Positions 40,782 to 51,115 of a DNA stretch of 64,000 nucleotides are shown one piece after another. Every line of letters starts with the position of its first letter. The first letter of the stretch is position 1. The translations under genes and the position numbers were made by a program. The DNA comes from an uncultured Acidobacteriota bacterium (GTDB lineage: Bacteria; Acidobacteriota; UBA6911; RPQK01): positions 2,122-66,121 of the forward strand of contig CAVUUN010000021.1 of NCBI GenBank assembly GCA_963744645.1, read 5' to 3'. The notes beneath the pieces are model-generated. The model searched no databases and was not told where the DNA came from. It saw only the letters and a list, made by a program, of their open reading frames with translations.

Positions 40782-40942
40782 CGTAAGGAGCCGCGCACGG
40801 CAGCGAGCGCCAGCGAGCGAGTAAGCGGACCAGCTAACATGCTCTTTAGGCTGGCTCTTGCTACTCGAGACTGCCCTCTGGGGCTGGGTGGTTGGTCCGC
40901 TTACTCGCTCGCTGGGCTCGCTGCCGTGCGCGGCTCCTTACG
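40782..40942. repeat. REPIN, same family as 32593-32749, different spacer
   Basis: Arms at 40782-40832 and 40893-40942. Single or partial arms also at about 21046-21085, 28081-28114 and 47575-47613. Confidence 0.9.
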
Positions 40943-41085
40943 ATCTCGCCTAAGCCACGATTCAGCCGGGACGCGCGGTTTTACTTCGCAAAGGAATGAC
41001 GAATGTCGAAGAGAAGACCTGGGATTCATTACTTCGGACTTCGAGATTCCTGTTGCGATATTCGATAATTCGATCCACTGTCTCC

Positions 41086-41127
41086 CAGAACTCAGAACTC
41101 AGAACTCAGAACTCAGAACTCAGAACT
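41086..41127 (+). repeat. Heptamer microsatellite (CAGAACT)x6
   Basis: Six perfect copies directly after the stop of the 41135-41851 gene. Confidence 0.95.
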
Positions 41128-41134
41128 CTTCCCC

Positions 41135-41851
41135 TTAGTGGCTCCCCTCGGCCAGGGACTCGTAGGCGTCGTGGGTTATTCGCAAGGATTCCAGGATGGC
41201 AAGATCATCTTTGGCGGCGACTGCCTCCTCGAGGGTCGTGGCCGATTGAAGCAGCTTTTGCGCGCCCGGAAGTTTGGCCTTATCCGCACTCTCCGCGGTT
41301 GCAGCGATCAGCCTGGCCCTGACCTTTAGCTTCGGGGCCGCCTCCTTGATCGCCGCGACGTCCTTTTTGGGATAGGCCTCGTGCCACAAGGGATGCAGCA
41401 CTGTGTGGAAGGCGTCAAGCAAATCCTCCAGGGTGGTCAGTGAGCCGTTCAGATTCCGGTAAGCCACGTGAACGCCGTCAAGGGCTGCCTTGATCGTCTC
41501 ACTGTCTGCCTTTGCCTTGCTTTGCGCTGCAAGATTGTCCACGGCTTTCGACAACTCCATAGCCTTTGACGAGACGTCCGGACAGCGCGCGGTGAGTTTC
41601 GGCGGCAGGTTGGCGGACATGATCGCATTTCGCAGCCTCGCGAGCTCGTCGGCCTTCGCGCCCACCTGGCTGAAGTCCCCCTTATCGGCGGGTCCATGGA
41701 TCAGGGCGGCCATGACGTCGTGAAAGTTCTTCAACGACAGTTTCAGACTCTCGTCATCCTTGGTTTGAAAAAGGCAGTTTTGAGCCAGCCCGGCAGGAAC
41801 ACCGAGCGTCAGGACAATGGTCGTAATAAGCACCCACAGGATTTTCTGCAT
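41135..41851 (-). CDS. Secreted helical protein with two His-motif repeats
   Basis: Signal peptide MQKILWVLITTIVLTLGVPAGLA; FHDVMAALIH...HVAY and FHTVLHPLWH...HDAY. Confidence 0.7.
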   Translation of the reverse strand: MQKILWVLITTIVLTLGVPAGLAQNCLFQTKDDESLKLSLKNFHDVMAALIHGPADKGDFSQVGAKADELARLRNAIMSANLPPKLTARCPDVSSKAMELSKAVDNLAAQSKAKADSETIKAALDGVHVAYRNLNGSLTTLEDLLDAFHTVLHPLWHEAYPKKDVAAIKEAAPKLKVRARLIAATAESADKAKLPGAQKLLQSATTLEEAVAAKDDLAILESLRITHDAYESLAEGSH

Positions 41852-41908
41852 TTGGAAGTCCCTTTCTGATGATCCGGACACGCCGTTTCGCGGTCCGCGA
41901 AACCTTCA

Positions 41909-42913
41909 TCATAATGTCGTCGGATTGGAAGTCAAACTCGAAGAGCGAAAAGCATTGATCAAATCGACGGCCGTCCGTACCGCGACCTCCGGATGGGATC
42001 CGATTGCGGTTTCATCTGACAAGACGATACCGGCGTAGCCGCGCGCGACGAGGTCCTGCAGGTGACAGACCTCGGATCGCGTCGGCGTCGCATGCTCGGT
42101 AAGATGTTCCAGGACCTGACCGGCCATCAGCACCGGGCATGGAAGCACGCCTGGGCTGCATTCGGCTATCCAGCACGCCATTGCAGCCACTCCCAGTTGC
42201 GCTCCCAGGTCTCCCCTGCAGATCCAGACCTCATCTGCCCGTCGGGCGATGGACTCGAACTGCACGCTCGCCTCTCTTCTCTCAATCTTCGCGATGACCC
42301 GATGACCGGGTGCTCTCCGACGGGCCCAGTCCAGTTCTTCGCCGTTGGAAACGAACGAAATAGCGAAAGAGAGCCGGGGAATGCCGGACGCCATGTCACA
42401 CAGATCGCGGTCATACTCCGGGAGATCGGAAAGGACGACCGGGTGTTCCACCACGTTGATCCCTTTCCTCGGCCTCAGCGTTCCCCCTGAAAGCGCTTTG
42501 GCTTCAATCCTCCGGCTGGAAGCGGACAAGACCGTGAACCTGAGGCGGTCATCATCGAGACTGAGAGTATCCCCCGGCCGCGTTTGCTCGTAGATTTCGG
42601 GGTGGGGAAGCGGGACGCCGTTTTCTCCGGCGAGCACAAACGTGACCGTCTCCGTCGCATCAACCAGCCGGTCGGTGAAGACGCCGACGCGCATCTTTGC
42701 CCCCTGCAAGTCGAGGATCAGCGGGCAGTCAGTTTCATCGCGGGCGGAACGGATCGCCGCGTCAACCTGTTGGAGGCTCATGTGCGAGGTGTTGAGCCTG
42801 AAGGAAGTGGCGCCGGCCGCAGCCAGGCGTGAAATCAGGGCAAACGACGCCGGACCCAGAGTCGCGACACACTGAAAGGGCGAAACCGAGGCTGCCATCG
42901 ACTCAGGATACAA
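41909..42913 (-). CDS. Pyruvate kinase-like protein, short form without the C-terminal regulatory domain
   Basis: ATLGPAS, RLNTSH, LDLQGAKMRVG, RKGINV, IAKIE, RGDLG, PTRSE, LSDETAIG. Confidence 0.82.
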   Translation of the reverse strand: MYPESMAASVSPFQCVATLGPASFALISRLAAAGATSFRLNTSHMSLQQVDAAIRSARDETDCPLILDLQGAKMRVGVFTDRLVDATETVTFVLAGENGVPLPHPEIYEQTRPGDTLSLDDDRLRFTVLSASSRRIEAKALSGGTLRPRKGINVVEHPVVLSDLPEYDRDLCDMASGIPRLSFAISFVSNGEELDWARRRAPGHRVIAKIERREASVQFESIARRADEVWICRGDLGAQLGVAAMACWIAECSPGVLPCPVLMAGQVLEHLTEHATPTRSEVCHLQDLVARGYAGIVLSDETAIGSHPEVAVRTAVDLINAFRSSSLTSNPTTL

Positions 42914-42982
42914 CTATAGCCAAGCTGCGCGGCAGGAGGATTTTGACCTCCTCGGCTTACCAGTCTGGTTCGGCAGGTGTAC

Positions 42983-43252
42983 CTAACTTCCTACCGTCGG
43001 TCCCTGAGTCCATGACGGAGAGTCGCTTGCGGGAAACGACTCTTCGGATGCGTGCATCACCGCGTCGTAGGGTCGCGAGGGAGATGGCTGCCGAACGCGA
43101 GCATCCAGTCTGCTTCCGTAGATGCCCAGAAAATTCGCAGCCGTCGCCAGGCCGATTGTCAGCCGATTCGGTTTGATGAGGGCAAGCACCGCCAGGGCTA
43201 TCCCGGGGATCATGTAACGGTAGTCGGTTCTCGGATCAGTTTGAGAGCTCAT
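42983..43252 (-). CDS. Small membrane-anchored hypothetical protein
   Basis: 89 aa with an N-terminal hydrophobic segment and C-terminal D.VMHASEESFPASD.PSW motif. Confidence 0.6.
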   Translation of the reverse strand: MSSQTDPRTDYRYMIPGIALAVLALIKPNRLTIGLATAANFLGIYGSRLDARVRQPSPSRPYDAVMHASEESFPASDSPSWTQGPTVGS

Positions 43253-43298
43253 ATGAAGGACCCACTCAATTTTAGCACCTGGAACGCCAGGGACAACA

Positions 43299-43450
43299 AG
43301 CAGCGGGCAGAAGGCAGCGGGCAGAACGGGCAGAAGGCAGAAGGCAGCGGGCAGAAGGCAGCAAGCAGCGGACAAGGGACAATGGGCAGTGCGCAGTCTG
43401 CAGTGCGCAGTGCGCCGCAGGCGCCAGGCGCCAGGCGCCAGGCAGCAGCC
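43299..43450. repeat. Mixed heptamer array (GGCAGAA/GGCAGCG, GTGCGCA, GGCGCCA) upstream of pgi
   Basis: Consecutive 7-nt periodic blocks are directly visible. Confidence 0.85.
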
Positions 43451-43505
43451 TTTACAGTCGCGGGAAGAACAGATAATCTCCTGCTTTTACGAGGAGAAAG
43501 GAACC

Positions 43506-45130
43506 ATGCCCAAGCTGACGGAACGTCCTGAGTGGAAGGCTCTCGAGAAACACTATCAGACGATCAGCCAGGTGCATTTGCGCGATCTCTTTTCCGAGGA
43601 TCCCGAGCGCGCGTCGCGATTCACAATCGAGGCCGACGGTCTGTTGCTCGATTACTCCAAGAACCGGATAACCGCGGAAACTCTAAGACTCCTGGTCGGG
43701 CTCGCCGAGTCTGCGGGGCTCAGCGGCGCGATTGAGCGGATGTTTTCAGGCGAGAAGATCAACGTGACGGAGCGTCGTTCCGTCCTCCATGTCGCCCTTC
43801 GCAACACCTCGACGGAACCGATCTGTGTCGACGGGCGGGACGTCATGCCTGATGTCCGCCGGGTGCTCGGGCAAATGGCCCGCTTCTCCAACGCGGTACG
43901 CCAGCAGTGGTGGAGAGGGTTCACCGGGAAGCCGATCAGGAACGTCGTCAACATCGGGATCGGTGGCTCAGACCTCGGCCCGGCGATGGCTTACGAAGCA
44001 TTGAGACCGTTCTCCGATCGGCGCCTCATGGTTCGGTTCGTTTCCAATGTCGATGCTACGCAGATGGTTGAAGCTCTGCGGGGGCTTGATGCGGCCGAGA
44101 CACTTTTCATCGTCGCCAGCAAGACCTTCACGACGCAGGAGACGATGACCAATGCGAGGTCTGCGCGGGACTGGCTGCTTGCCTCTCTTGGCGATCCGGC
44201 TGCGGTCGCCAGGCATTTCGTTGCCTTGTCGACGAATGCCAAAGAGGTCGCGAAATTCGGCATCGATGCCGAGTCGAACATGTTCGAGTTCTGGGACTGG
44301 GTGGGAGGCCGGTACAGCTTGCCCTCCGCGATCGGGCTTTCCCTGATGATCGCAATCGGGCCCGACTGGTTCCAGCGGATGCTGGAAGGCTATCATGCGA
44401 TCGACAACCATTTTCGGACCGCCCCGCTGACGACGAACATGCCGGTGATCCTCGCCCTCCTTGGTATCTGGTACAACAATTTCTTCGGAGCGGCCACCCA
44501 CGCGCTGCTCCCTTACGACCAGTACCTGGCCCGTTTCCCCGCCTATTTTCAACAGGGAGACATGGAGTCGAACGGAAAGTCAGTGACCCTCGAGGGAACG
44601 CGAGTCGAGTGGCAGACCGGGCCGGTTATCTGGGGCGAGCCGGGAACCAACGGCCAGCATGCGTTCTACCAGTTGCTCCATCAGGGCACCAAGCTGGTGC
44701 CTGCCGATTTTATCGGTTTTGCCTCCAGCCACAACCCCATCGCCGATCACCACCAGAAGTTAATGGCGAACTTTTGGCGCAGACCGAGGCCCTGGCCTTC
44801 GGGAAAACCAGTGAGGAGGTCAGGAGCGAGGGGACGGAGGAACGGCTGGTGGCCCATCGCTCGTTCGAGGGGAACCGCCCGACCAATACCATCCTCGCCG
44901 AGCGGCTGGACCCTCCGACACTGGGAAAACTGATCGCGCTGTACGAACACAAGATCTTCACACAGGGCGTCCTGTGGCAGATCAACAGCTTCGATCAGTG
45001 GGGCGTCGAGCTTGGAAAGGTACTCGCAAATCGGATTTTGCCCGAACTGGCGGCGGGCCAGGAGCCAGATCTGAAGCACGACAGCTCCACGAATCAACTG
45101 ATTCGCTGGTACCGCGGGAAACGGCGCTGA
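43506..45130 (+). CDS. pgi: Glucose-6-phosphate isomerase; frameshift near 44772
   Basis: [58 protein letters not shown]. Confidence 0.96.
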
Positions 45131-45370
45131 CCAGCTGACCAGCTGACCGGCTGACGAGCTGACCGAAGCTGCGCGACTGACGACTGACCAGCTGACGAGC
45201 TGACCGGACTGCGCACTGCGCGTGAACCGACGTCCGAGGTCCGTGGACCACACATCTGGTAATACGTCAGCCGGTCAGTTGGTCAGCTGGTCAGCCGGTC
45301 TGCCGGGTCCGGTGGGCAGTGCGTAAGCGCGCAGTGCGCAGTGGGCAGTCGCAGTCGTCAGTCGTCAGTT
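45128..45370. repeat. Palindromically arranged 7/8-mer array downstream of pgi
   Basis: (CCAGCTGA)n, GACTGAC and CTGCGCA on the left mirrored by (TCAGCTGG)n, GTCAGTC and TGCGCAG on the right. Confidence 0.8.
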
Positions 45371-45465
45371 GCCTTCCCGTATTTTCTTCTTCCTGCACTT
45401 GCCCCCGAAGACTGCCGTAAACTAAACTTCTAGACTACCTTTATCCAGTGTGTGATAGGAGACTC

Positions 45466-47024
45466 ATGACGAAACCAACCGCTTGCAGTTTTGTACTGCT
45501 CATACTTGTGTTCTCTGTCTGTCTCGGTGGGCTTTGCGGCTGACGCCAAACTCGAGGTGACGGTCACCAAGGAAACCGGGGAGCCGATCCAGGGTGCGCT
45601 GGTCAAAGCCCTTCCGTTCTTTGGCGCCGATAAGCCGGTTGAACAGGCGACCAACAAGAACGGGGTGGCGGAGCTGAAGAAGCTCGCAGGCAGCTACCGA
45701 ATTGTCGTTCGTGCGCAGGGCTTCGAAGCCGCCGCGCACGAGTTCGCGGTCCTCAGGACAAAGGATCCGCAGAACTGAGCTTCAAACTGAAGCCCGGGGA
45801 CATGAACAAGGTTTTCTATTTCGAGGATCCTCAGTCGAGCGCAGAAGGCCAACCAACTGTTCCAGGAAGGCCTGACAGGCCCTCCAGGCCGAACCAGGCG
45901 GCGGACGCTGAGCAGAAGCTGAAGGCTTCCCTGGAAATCAACCCGACGATGAACCCGGGAACCCGCCACAACCTCGCCCTGGCTTACATGACCCAGGGGA
46001 AGTGGGACATGGCCAAACAAGAGCTGGAGATGGGGATTCAGAAGACCCAGGCGATGAAGGAAGCCGAGGACCCCGCCAAGGCGGCGAGCTTTCGACGAGA
46101 TGATCGCCGGTTTCAAACAGCTGATCGATGCGATGCCCCTGCTCAAAATCCAGATGGAAGCTGAGGAGGCGCTCCGAACCGGGAAGTTCGAAGAGGCGGC
46201 AACCAAGATGGAGCGCGTCATCGAAAGGCGCCCGTCAAGGATCCCAACCTCTACTACAACCTGGCCCTCGCCCAGGGCCGTATGAAGAAGTACGACCTTG
46301 CAATGCAGTCGATCGACAAGGCGCTGGCCGCAAAACCGGACGAGAAGAGCTTTCAGGATCTGAAGAACATCCTGCTGCAGAATCAGAAGCAGATGGAAGT
46401 CAACGCCTTTGCGGACAGCGTCAAGGCCGGAGTCAATGCCTACAACACCGGCAAGTACCCGGAAGCGCTGACGAACTTCGAGCGTGCCAAGGAGAAGGTG
46501 CCTCCTAATCCGGCCGCCAAGGCCGAGCTGTATGGTCTCCTGGCCAAGACCTACGCGAAGCTCGGCCGCGACCAGGAGGTTGTCGAATCCTACAAAAGGC
46601 GATTGAGGCGAGCCCCGACAAGACCGAACAGACGCAGGCACTGGCGGACTATTACTTCAACAAGGACATGGTGGCCGAAGGCATCCAGACGTTGACCGAG
46701 TTGGGGAAAGCGGGAACCAAGCCGCTCGATGAGATGTTCTACCAGATGGGCGCGGCCTACGTGAAGAAGAACAAGAAGAAGCTCGCCCAGCCGCTGTTTG
46801 AGGAAGCCCTCAAGATCAACCCGCAGCATGCGGAAGCCCATTACGAGCTGGGGATGATCTACTTCTACGAGGCGGAACACAAGGATGTCCCGCGCGCCAA
46901 GGAAATGCTTTCGAAGTACGTGGAGCTCGGGAAAGACCAGGGGCGACTGGACAACGCCAAGGCCGTTCTGATCGTTATCGAGAAGACAACTCCGGCTGCG
47001 AAGCCGGCACCCAAGAAGAAGTAG
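45466..47024 (+). CDS. Secreted carboxypeptidase-regulatory-like domain plus TPR protein; several frameshifts
   Basis: VTVTKETGEPIQGALV...TNKNGVA...G.YRIVV.A.GFE followed by TPR helices (YNLALA, AMQSIDKAL, HAEAHYELG). Confidence 0.75.
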
Positions 47025-47040
47025 CTCCGTTCATCGAGGA

Positions 47041-47130
47041 GAGTTCCGGGGACATAATACTTAATTCCCAACCCGTTATCGCCAGTCTTTCCGGCTGCAA
47101 AGGAATTAAGTTTTGTGTCCCCGAAACTCC
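47041..47130. repeat. GGGGACA(T/C)AA(T/A)ACTTAATTCC-family element (REPIN/MITE)
   Basis: Terminal inverted repeats; related copies at 55843-55948, 56044-56168 (inverted), 48898-48990 (degenerate) and 26541-26568 (half). Confidence 0.85.
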
Positions 47131-47167
47131 TTCCGAATCTCCTTTCGAAACTCTGCCGGAACCCACT

Positions 47168-47194
47168 GAACTTCTCCCCCGCTCCCTCCGTACT
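47168..47194 (+). promoter_or_regulatory. Possible ECF-sigma promoter (GAACTT-N16-GTACT)
   Basis: Motif match about 28 nt upstream of the small membrane-protein gene. Confidence 0.3.
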
Positions 47195-47221
47195 CTGTGT
47201 TTATAACGGAGGGGAAGAGAG

Positions 47222-47485
47222 ATGTTCGAACTGGTTGCTGGACTCGCCGTTCTGGCGGTGGTGCTGGGCATCGGTTTGATTCTGGGTGTCACTGTGTTGG
47301 CCGTCAAAATGACGGTCGGCATCGTGAAGGTCGTTCTGGGAATCGTGCTTGGGGTCATCGGACTGGTCCTGTTTGCGGTCGTCGGCGTTCCATTGCTCGC
47401 GATTCTGTTGCCTCTGGCCATCGTTGGCGTCATCCTCCTGCTCCTGTTCAGCCCCGTTATCCTGTTGCTGAAGGCGATTTTTTAG
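47222..47485 (+). CDS. Small integral membrane protein
   Basis: 87 aa, almost entirely hydrophobic; GGAGGGG RBS. Confidence 0.75.
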   Translation: MFELVAGLAVLAVVLGIGLILGVTVLAVKMTVGIVKVVLGIVLGVIGLVLFAVVGVPLLAILLPLAIVGVILLLLFSPVILLLKAIF

Positions 47486-47649
47486 CGAGGAAGAGCGAGC
47501 CACACATTCCGAGTCCGGGAAATCTGTGACAGAATTCCCTCTGGATTCACTCGGCATTCGAGTGATCTTTTTCGGAGCCGCGCACGCAACGCATTGCGCG
47601 GAGTAAGCGGGTAGATCTTTTCGGCTCCGACAACAACAGGAGGGGACCT

Positions 47650-48888
47650 ATGCCCAGCCCGGACAATCAGAAATCAATCAATCGCAGACAGTTCGTGCAG
47701 CGCGCGGCGGCAGGTGGCGCAGCCGTTTCGATCCTGAAATCGGAGACGGTCCACGGCTACGGCGCCAATTCCAAAATCAGACTTGGACTGATCGGGTGCG
47801 GCGGAAGAGGCACCTGGATCGCCGAACTATTCAAGAAACACGGCGGTTACGAAATAGTCGGTGCCGCCGATTATTTCAGCGATCGGGCGGAGAGCTTCGG
47901 GACCAGGATCGGCGTCGATGCTTCCCGCCGCTACACGGGCCTCGCGGCCTACAAGCGGTTGCTGGATGCGAAGGTCGATGCGGTTGCTATCGAAAGTCCT
48001 CCCTGCTTTCACCCCTACCAGGCGGCCGCCGCGGTGGATGCCGGGGTCCATGTGTACCTGGCGAAGCCAATTGCCGTGGATGTTCCGGGATGCACCCTGG
48101 TGGCCGACAGTGCCAAGCGGGCGGCGGCCAACAGGCGGGTCTTTCTCGTCGATTTTCAGACTCGGGTTGACGCCTTCTTCCAGGAAGCCATCAGGCGGGT
48201 GCACGAAGGGGCGATCGGAGACATCGCCTTCGCAGAGGCGACCTACCACGCCGACAATCCGTTCGAAGCACAGTACAAGTACCTGGATGCCGATCCCCAC
48301 AACCCCGAAAACCGGCTCCGCGCCTGGGGCTTCGATCGCGCAATCTCGGGAGACATCATCACCGAACAGAACATCCATACGCTGGATGTCGCTTCCTGGA
48401 TCATGAACCAGGCGCCGCTTTCGGCTGTTGGAACCGGGGGACTCACGGGGCGGCCGAAAAAGGGCACCTGCTGGGACCACTTCGTCGTTCAGTTCCAATA
48501 CCCCAACAACGTGGGCATCGCCTTCACTTCCCGACAGTTCAAGGGGCATGGGACGATTCCGGAGGGAATCAGGAACCGCGTTTTCGGCTCCAAAGGCGTG
48601 CTCGAAACGGAATACGGCGGGAAGGTGCTTATACGCGGCGACAATTTCTACAGGGGAGGCGAGTCGCCGAACATCTACGAAGAAGGCGCGGTTAACAATA
48701 TCGCCGGTTTCTACAAAGCGGTAACCGAAGAGCACTTCGACAATCCGACGGTCGAACCAAGTGTGCGCAGCAACCTCCTGACGATCCTCGGCCGCACCGC
48801 CGCCGTTGCTGGGCAGCCGGTCACCTGGGACGAAATGCTCCGGAAGCAGGAAGTTCTGGACCCGGGCCTCCAAGGCCTGAAGGACTAG
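47650..48888 (+). CDS. Gfo/Idh/MocA oxidoreductase with Tat signal
   Basis: INRRQFV, LGLIGCGGRG, YLAKPIA, EQNIHTLDV. Confidence 0.92.
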   Translation: MPSPDNQKSINRRQFVQRAAAGGAAVSILKSETVHGYGANSKIRLGLIGCGGRGTWIAELFKKHGGYEIVGAADYFSDRAESFGTRIGVDASRRYTGLAAYKRLLDAKVDAVAIESPPCFHPYQAAAAVDAGVHVYLAKPIAVDVPGCTLVADSAKRAAANRRVFLVDFQTRVDAFFQEAIRRVHEGAIGDIAFAEATYHADNPFEAQYKYLDADPHNPENRLRAWGFDRAISGDIITEQNIHTLDVASWIMNQAPLSAVGTGGLTGRPKKGTCWDHFVVQFQYPNNVGIAFTSRQFKGHGTIPEGIRNRVFGSKGVLETEYGGKVLIRGDNFYRGGESPNIYEEGAVNNIAGFYKAVTEEHFDNPTVEPSVRSNLLTILGRTAAVAGQPVTWDEMLRKQEVLDPGLQGLKD

Positions 48889-49052
48889 GGCATAAGGGAG
48901 TCTCGGGGACACAATGCTCAATTTCCGGGCCAGTGACCGAGCCGGGGTAGAACTGGCGCTCGAATCAGGTGCTCTGTGCCCCGAAACTCCGCCCGAAACT
49001 CCTGGACCGCCGCTCATAAATTCGAGGCGAGCCACCTCGCCGGATCCACCAC

Positions 49053-49706
49053 ATGCCAAAAAAACGTCGAATCCTGAAGCTCGGTTGTGGGGTCATGTTG
49101 ACCGCACTGGTGTTTTTGCTCGTGCTCGCAATCCGGCCCGGATTGATTCTCACTCCGCTGGCAGACCTCTTTGTCATGGATCGCCCCAATTCGGGGACTG
49201 TCGACGCGGTTGCAGTCCTCTCCGGTGGGACCCCTGACCGTGTGCTCCAGGCCCGGGACATGATCAGAACGGGTCGGGCGAAGGTCGCGGTCCTTTTCAC
49301 CGTTGCGGTTCACGCCCAGGAACAGCGCCTGCGTGAGCTCGGCGTCAACCTCCCCAGGGAGCATGAGATCAACCGGGAATTGCTGCGCAACTTCGGGATC
49401 CCGGACGACCGAATCGTTGTCCTCCCGGGGGCGGTCGACAGCACCTGGGACGAGGCTCGCGCATTTGCCCGGTTTGCCAGGGAAAGGAAGATCAAGTCAG
49501 CCGTGATTTCGACATGCGTTTTCCACACTCGTCGGGCGTGGTTGAACTTCCAAAAGGCGACGGAGGATTATCCCATCCAGTTGTATGTCAGCCCGTCGCC
49601 ATATTGCGAACAGCGTCGAAACAGGTGGTGGACCGAGAGAGATCAGATCAAGATGCTCTATGTAGAGTCTGCGAACAGCCTGGCCTTCTACCTCGGCCGA
49701 CGGTGA
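49053..49706 (+). CDS. YdcF (DUF218) family protein
   Basis: N-terminal TM, DAVAVLSGG..DRV, STWDEA, STCVFHTRRA. Confidence 0.85.
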   Translation: MPKKRRILKLGCGVMLTALVFLLVLAIRPGLILTPLADLFVMDRPNSGTVDAVAVLSGGTPDRVLQARDMIRTGRAKVAVLFTVAVHAQEQRLRELGVNLPREHEINRELLRNFGIPDDRIVVLPGAVDSTWDEARAFARFARERKIKSAVISTCVFHTRRAWLNFQKATEDYPIQLYVSPSPYCEQRRNRWWTERDQIKMLYVESANSLAFYLGRR

Positions 49707-49797
49707 TCCTGGCGGGTGGCGTCGGCGTGCGAGGGTGTCGGCGCTGATCTTGTGATGGCCGCTCGGGTCTGCTAGGCTTGCTACTTTCATTTTCCAC

Positions 49798-51099
49798 ATG
49801 CCCGGTTTTATCGAACTGCTGCGGACCAACCGCAACTACCGCTATACATGGACCGGTCAGATCGTCAGCGAGATCGGCGATCATTTCAACAACATCGCGG
49901 TTTTCAGCCTGGCCTTGGCGCACACGCGCTCGGGTCTGGTCGTGACCGGTGTGATGCTCGCACGGGCCATCCCCGCGATCCTGGCAGGACCGCTGGCAGG
50001 AGTGGTTCTAGACCGGTTCGATCGCAAGCGAATCATGATTGCGAGCGACTTGGTTCGAGCGGTCGTTGCAGCCGGTTTTCTGCTGACTCTCCGGTTTCAC
50101 CATAACTGGTTGCTTTACGTCTTGAGCGGGCTGCTGATGTTTGCCTCGCCCTTCTTCACAAGCGGCCGAGCCTCAATTCTTCCGACGATCACGAACCGGG
50201 AAGAGCTTCACACGGCCAATTCGCTCACTCAGACCACACAATGGACTTCGCTCATCATCGGCACGTTCGCCGCAGGAGCGATGATCAGTCAGGTCGGCTA
50301 TCGCTGGGCGTTCATCGCGAATTGCGCGTCATTCCTTGTCTCTGCCTGGTGCATTTATCAGCTGGTCGCTCCGGTGGCGGGCTTTCGGGCCCGACGCGAG
50401 GCGCTGACGGAGAGCGAGGTCGTCAGGCCTTGGAATGATTACGTCCAGGGACTGCGTTATATGCGTTCGAATCCTCTGATCCTGGGGATCGGGCTGATCG
50501 GTGTGGGATGGGCGACCGGAGGCGGAGCGGCCCAGATCCTGTTCAGTCTGTTCGGTGACGTCGTATTCGGCCGGGGAGCTGCGGGAATTGGTGTAGTCTG
50601 GGGGTCGGCCGGAGTCGGTCTGCTGGTGGGAGGCGCGTTTGCCTACCGGTACGGCAGGCGGGTTCCTTTCGGCAGTTACAAGTGGACGATTTCGATCTGC
50701 TATATCCTCCATGGTGGTGCTTACGTCGTTTTTAGCCAGATGCGCAGCTTTTACCTGGCCCTGGTGTTCATTGCCTTGTCGCGCGCCGCGGTCGCGGTCA
50801 GTTCGGTGCTCAATTACTCACAGTTGGTCCGGCACGTTCCCAACGAGTATCGTGGCCGGGTGTTTTCAACCAACGAATCGATGATATGGGCCACCATGCT
50901 CTTTTCGATGTCGGCGGCGGGTATTGCCTCGCAGTACTATGATCCCCGATCGATCGGCCTGGTGGCCGGAGTCCTGAGCTCTACAACGGCTATATTCTGG
51001 GCCTGGGCGATCATCACGGGGCGTTTGCCTGAACCGCCGGTTGAAGGGGTGGAGCAGGACGAAATAGAGGTCCATGGAGATCCGCGCCATTCTGGATAA
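49798..51099 (+). CDS. MFS transporter (DHA3/H+ antiporter-like)
   Basis: GQIVSEIGD, GVVLDRFDRKRIMIASDLVRA, about 12 TM segments. Confidence 0.9.
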   Translation: MPGFIELLRTNRNYRYTWTGQIVSEIGDHFNNIAVFSLALAHTRSGLVVTGVMLARAIPAILAGPLAGVVLDRFDRKRIMIASDLVRAVVAAGFLLTLRFHHNWLLYVLSGLLMFASPFFTSGRASILPTITNREELHTANSLTQTTQWTSLIIGTFAAGAMISQVGYRWAFIANCASFLVSAWCIYQLVAPVAGFRARREALTESEVVRPWNDYVQGLRYMRSNPLILGIGLIGVGWATGGGAAQILFSLFGDVVFGRGAAGIGVVWGSAGVGLLVGGAFAYRYGRRVPFGSYKWTISICYILHGGAYVVFSQMRSFYLALVFIALSRAAVAVSSVLNYSQLVRHVPNEYRGRVFSTNESMIWATMLFSMSAAGIASQYYDPRSIGLVAGVLSSTTAIFWAWAIITGRLPEPPVEGVEQDEIEVHGDPRHSG

Positions 51100-51115
51100 A
51101 AAGGAGAGCGTCGAG

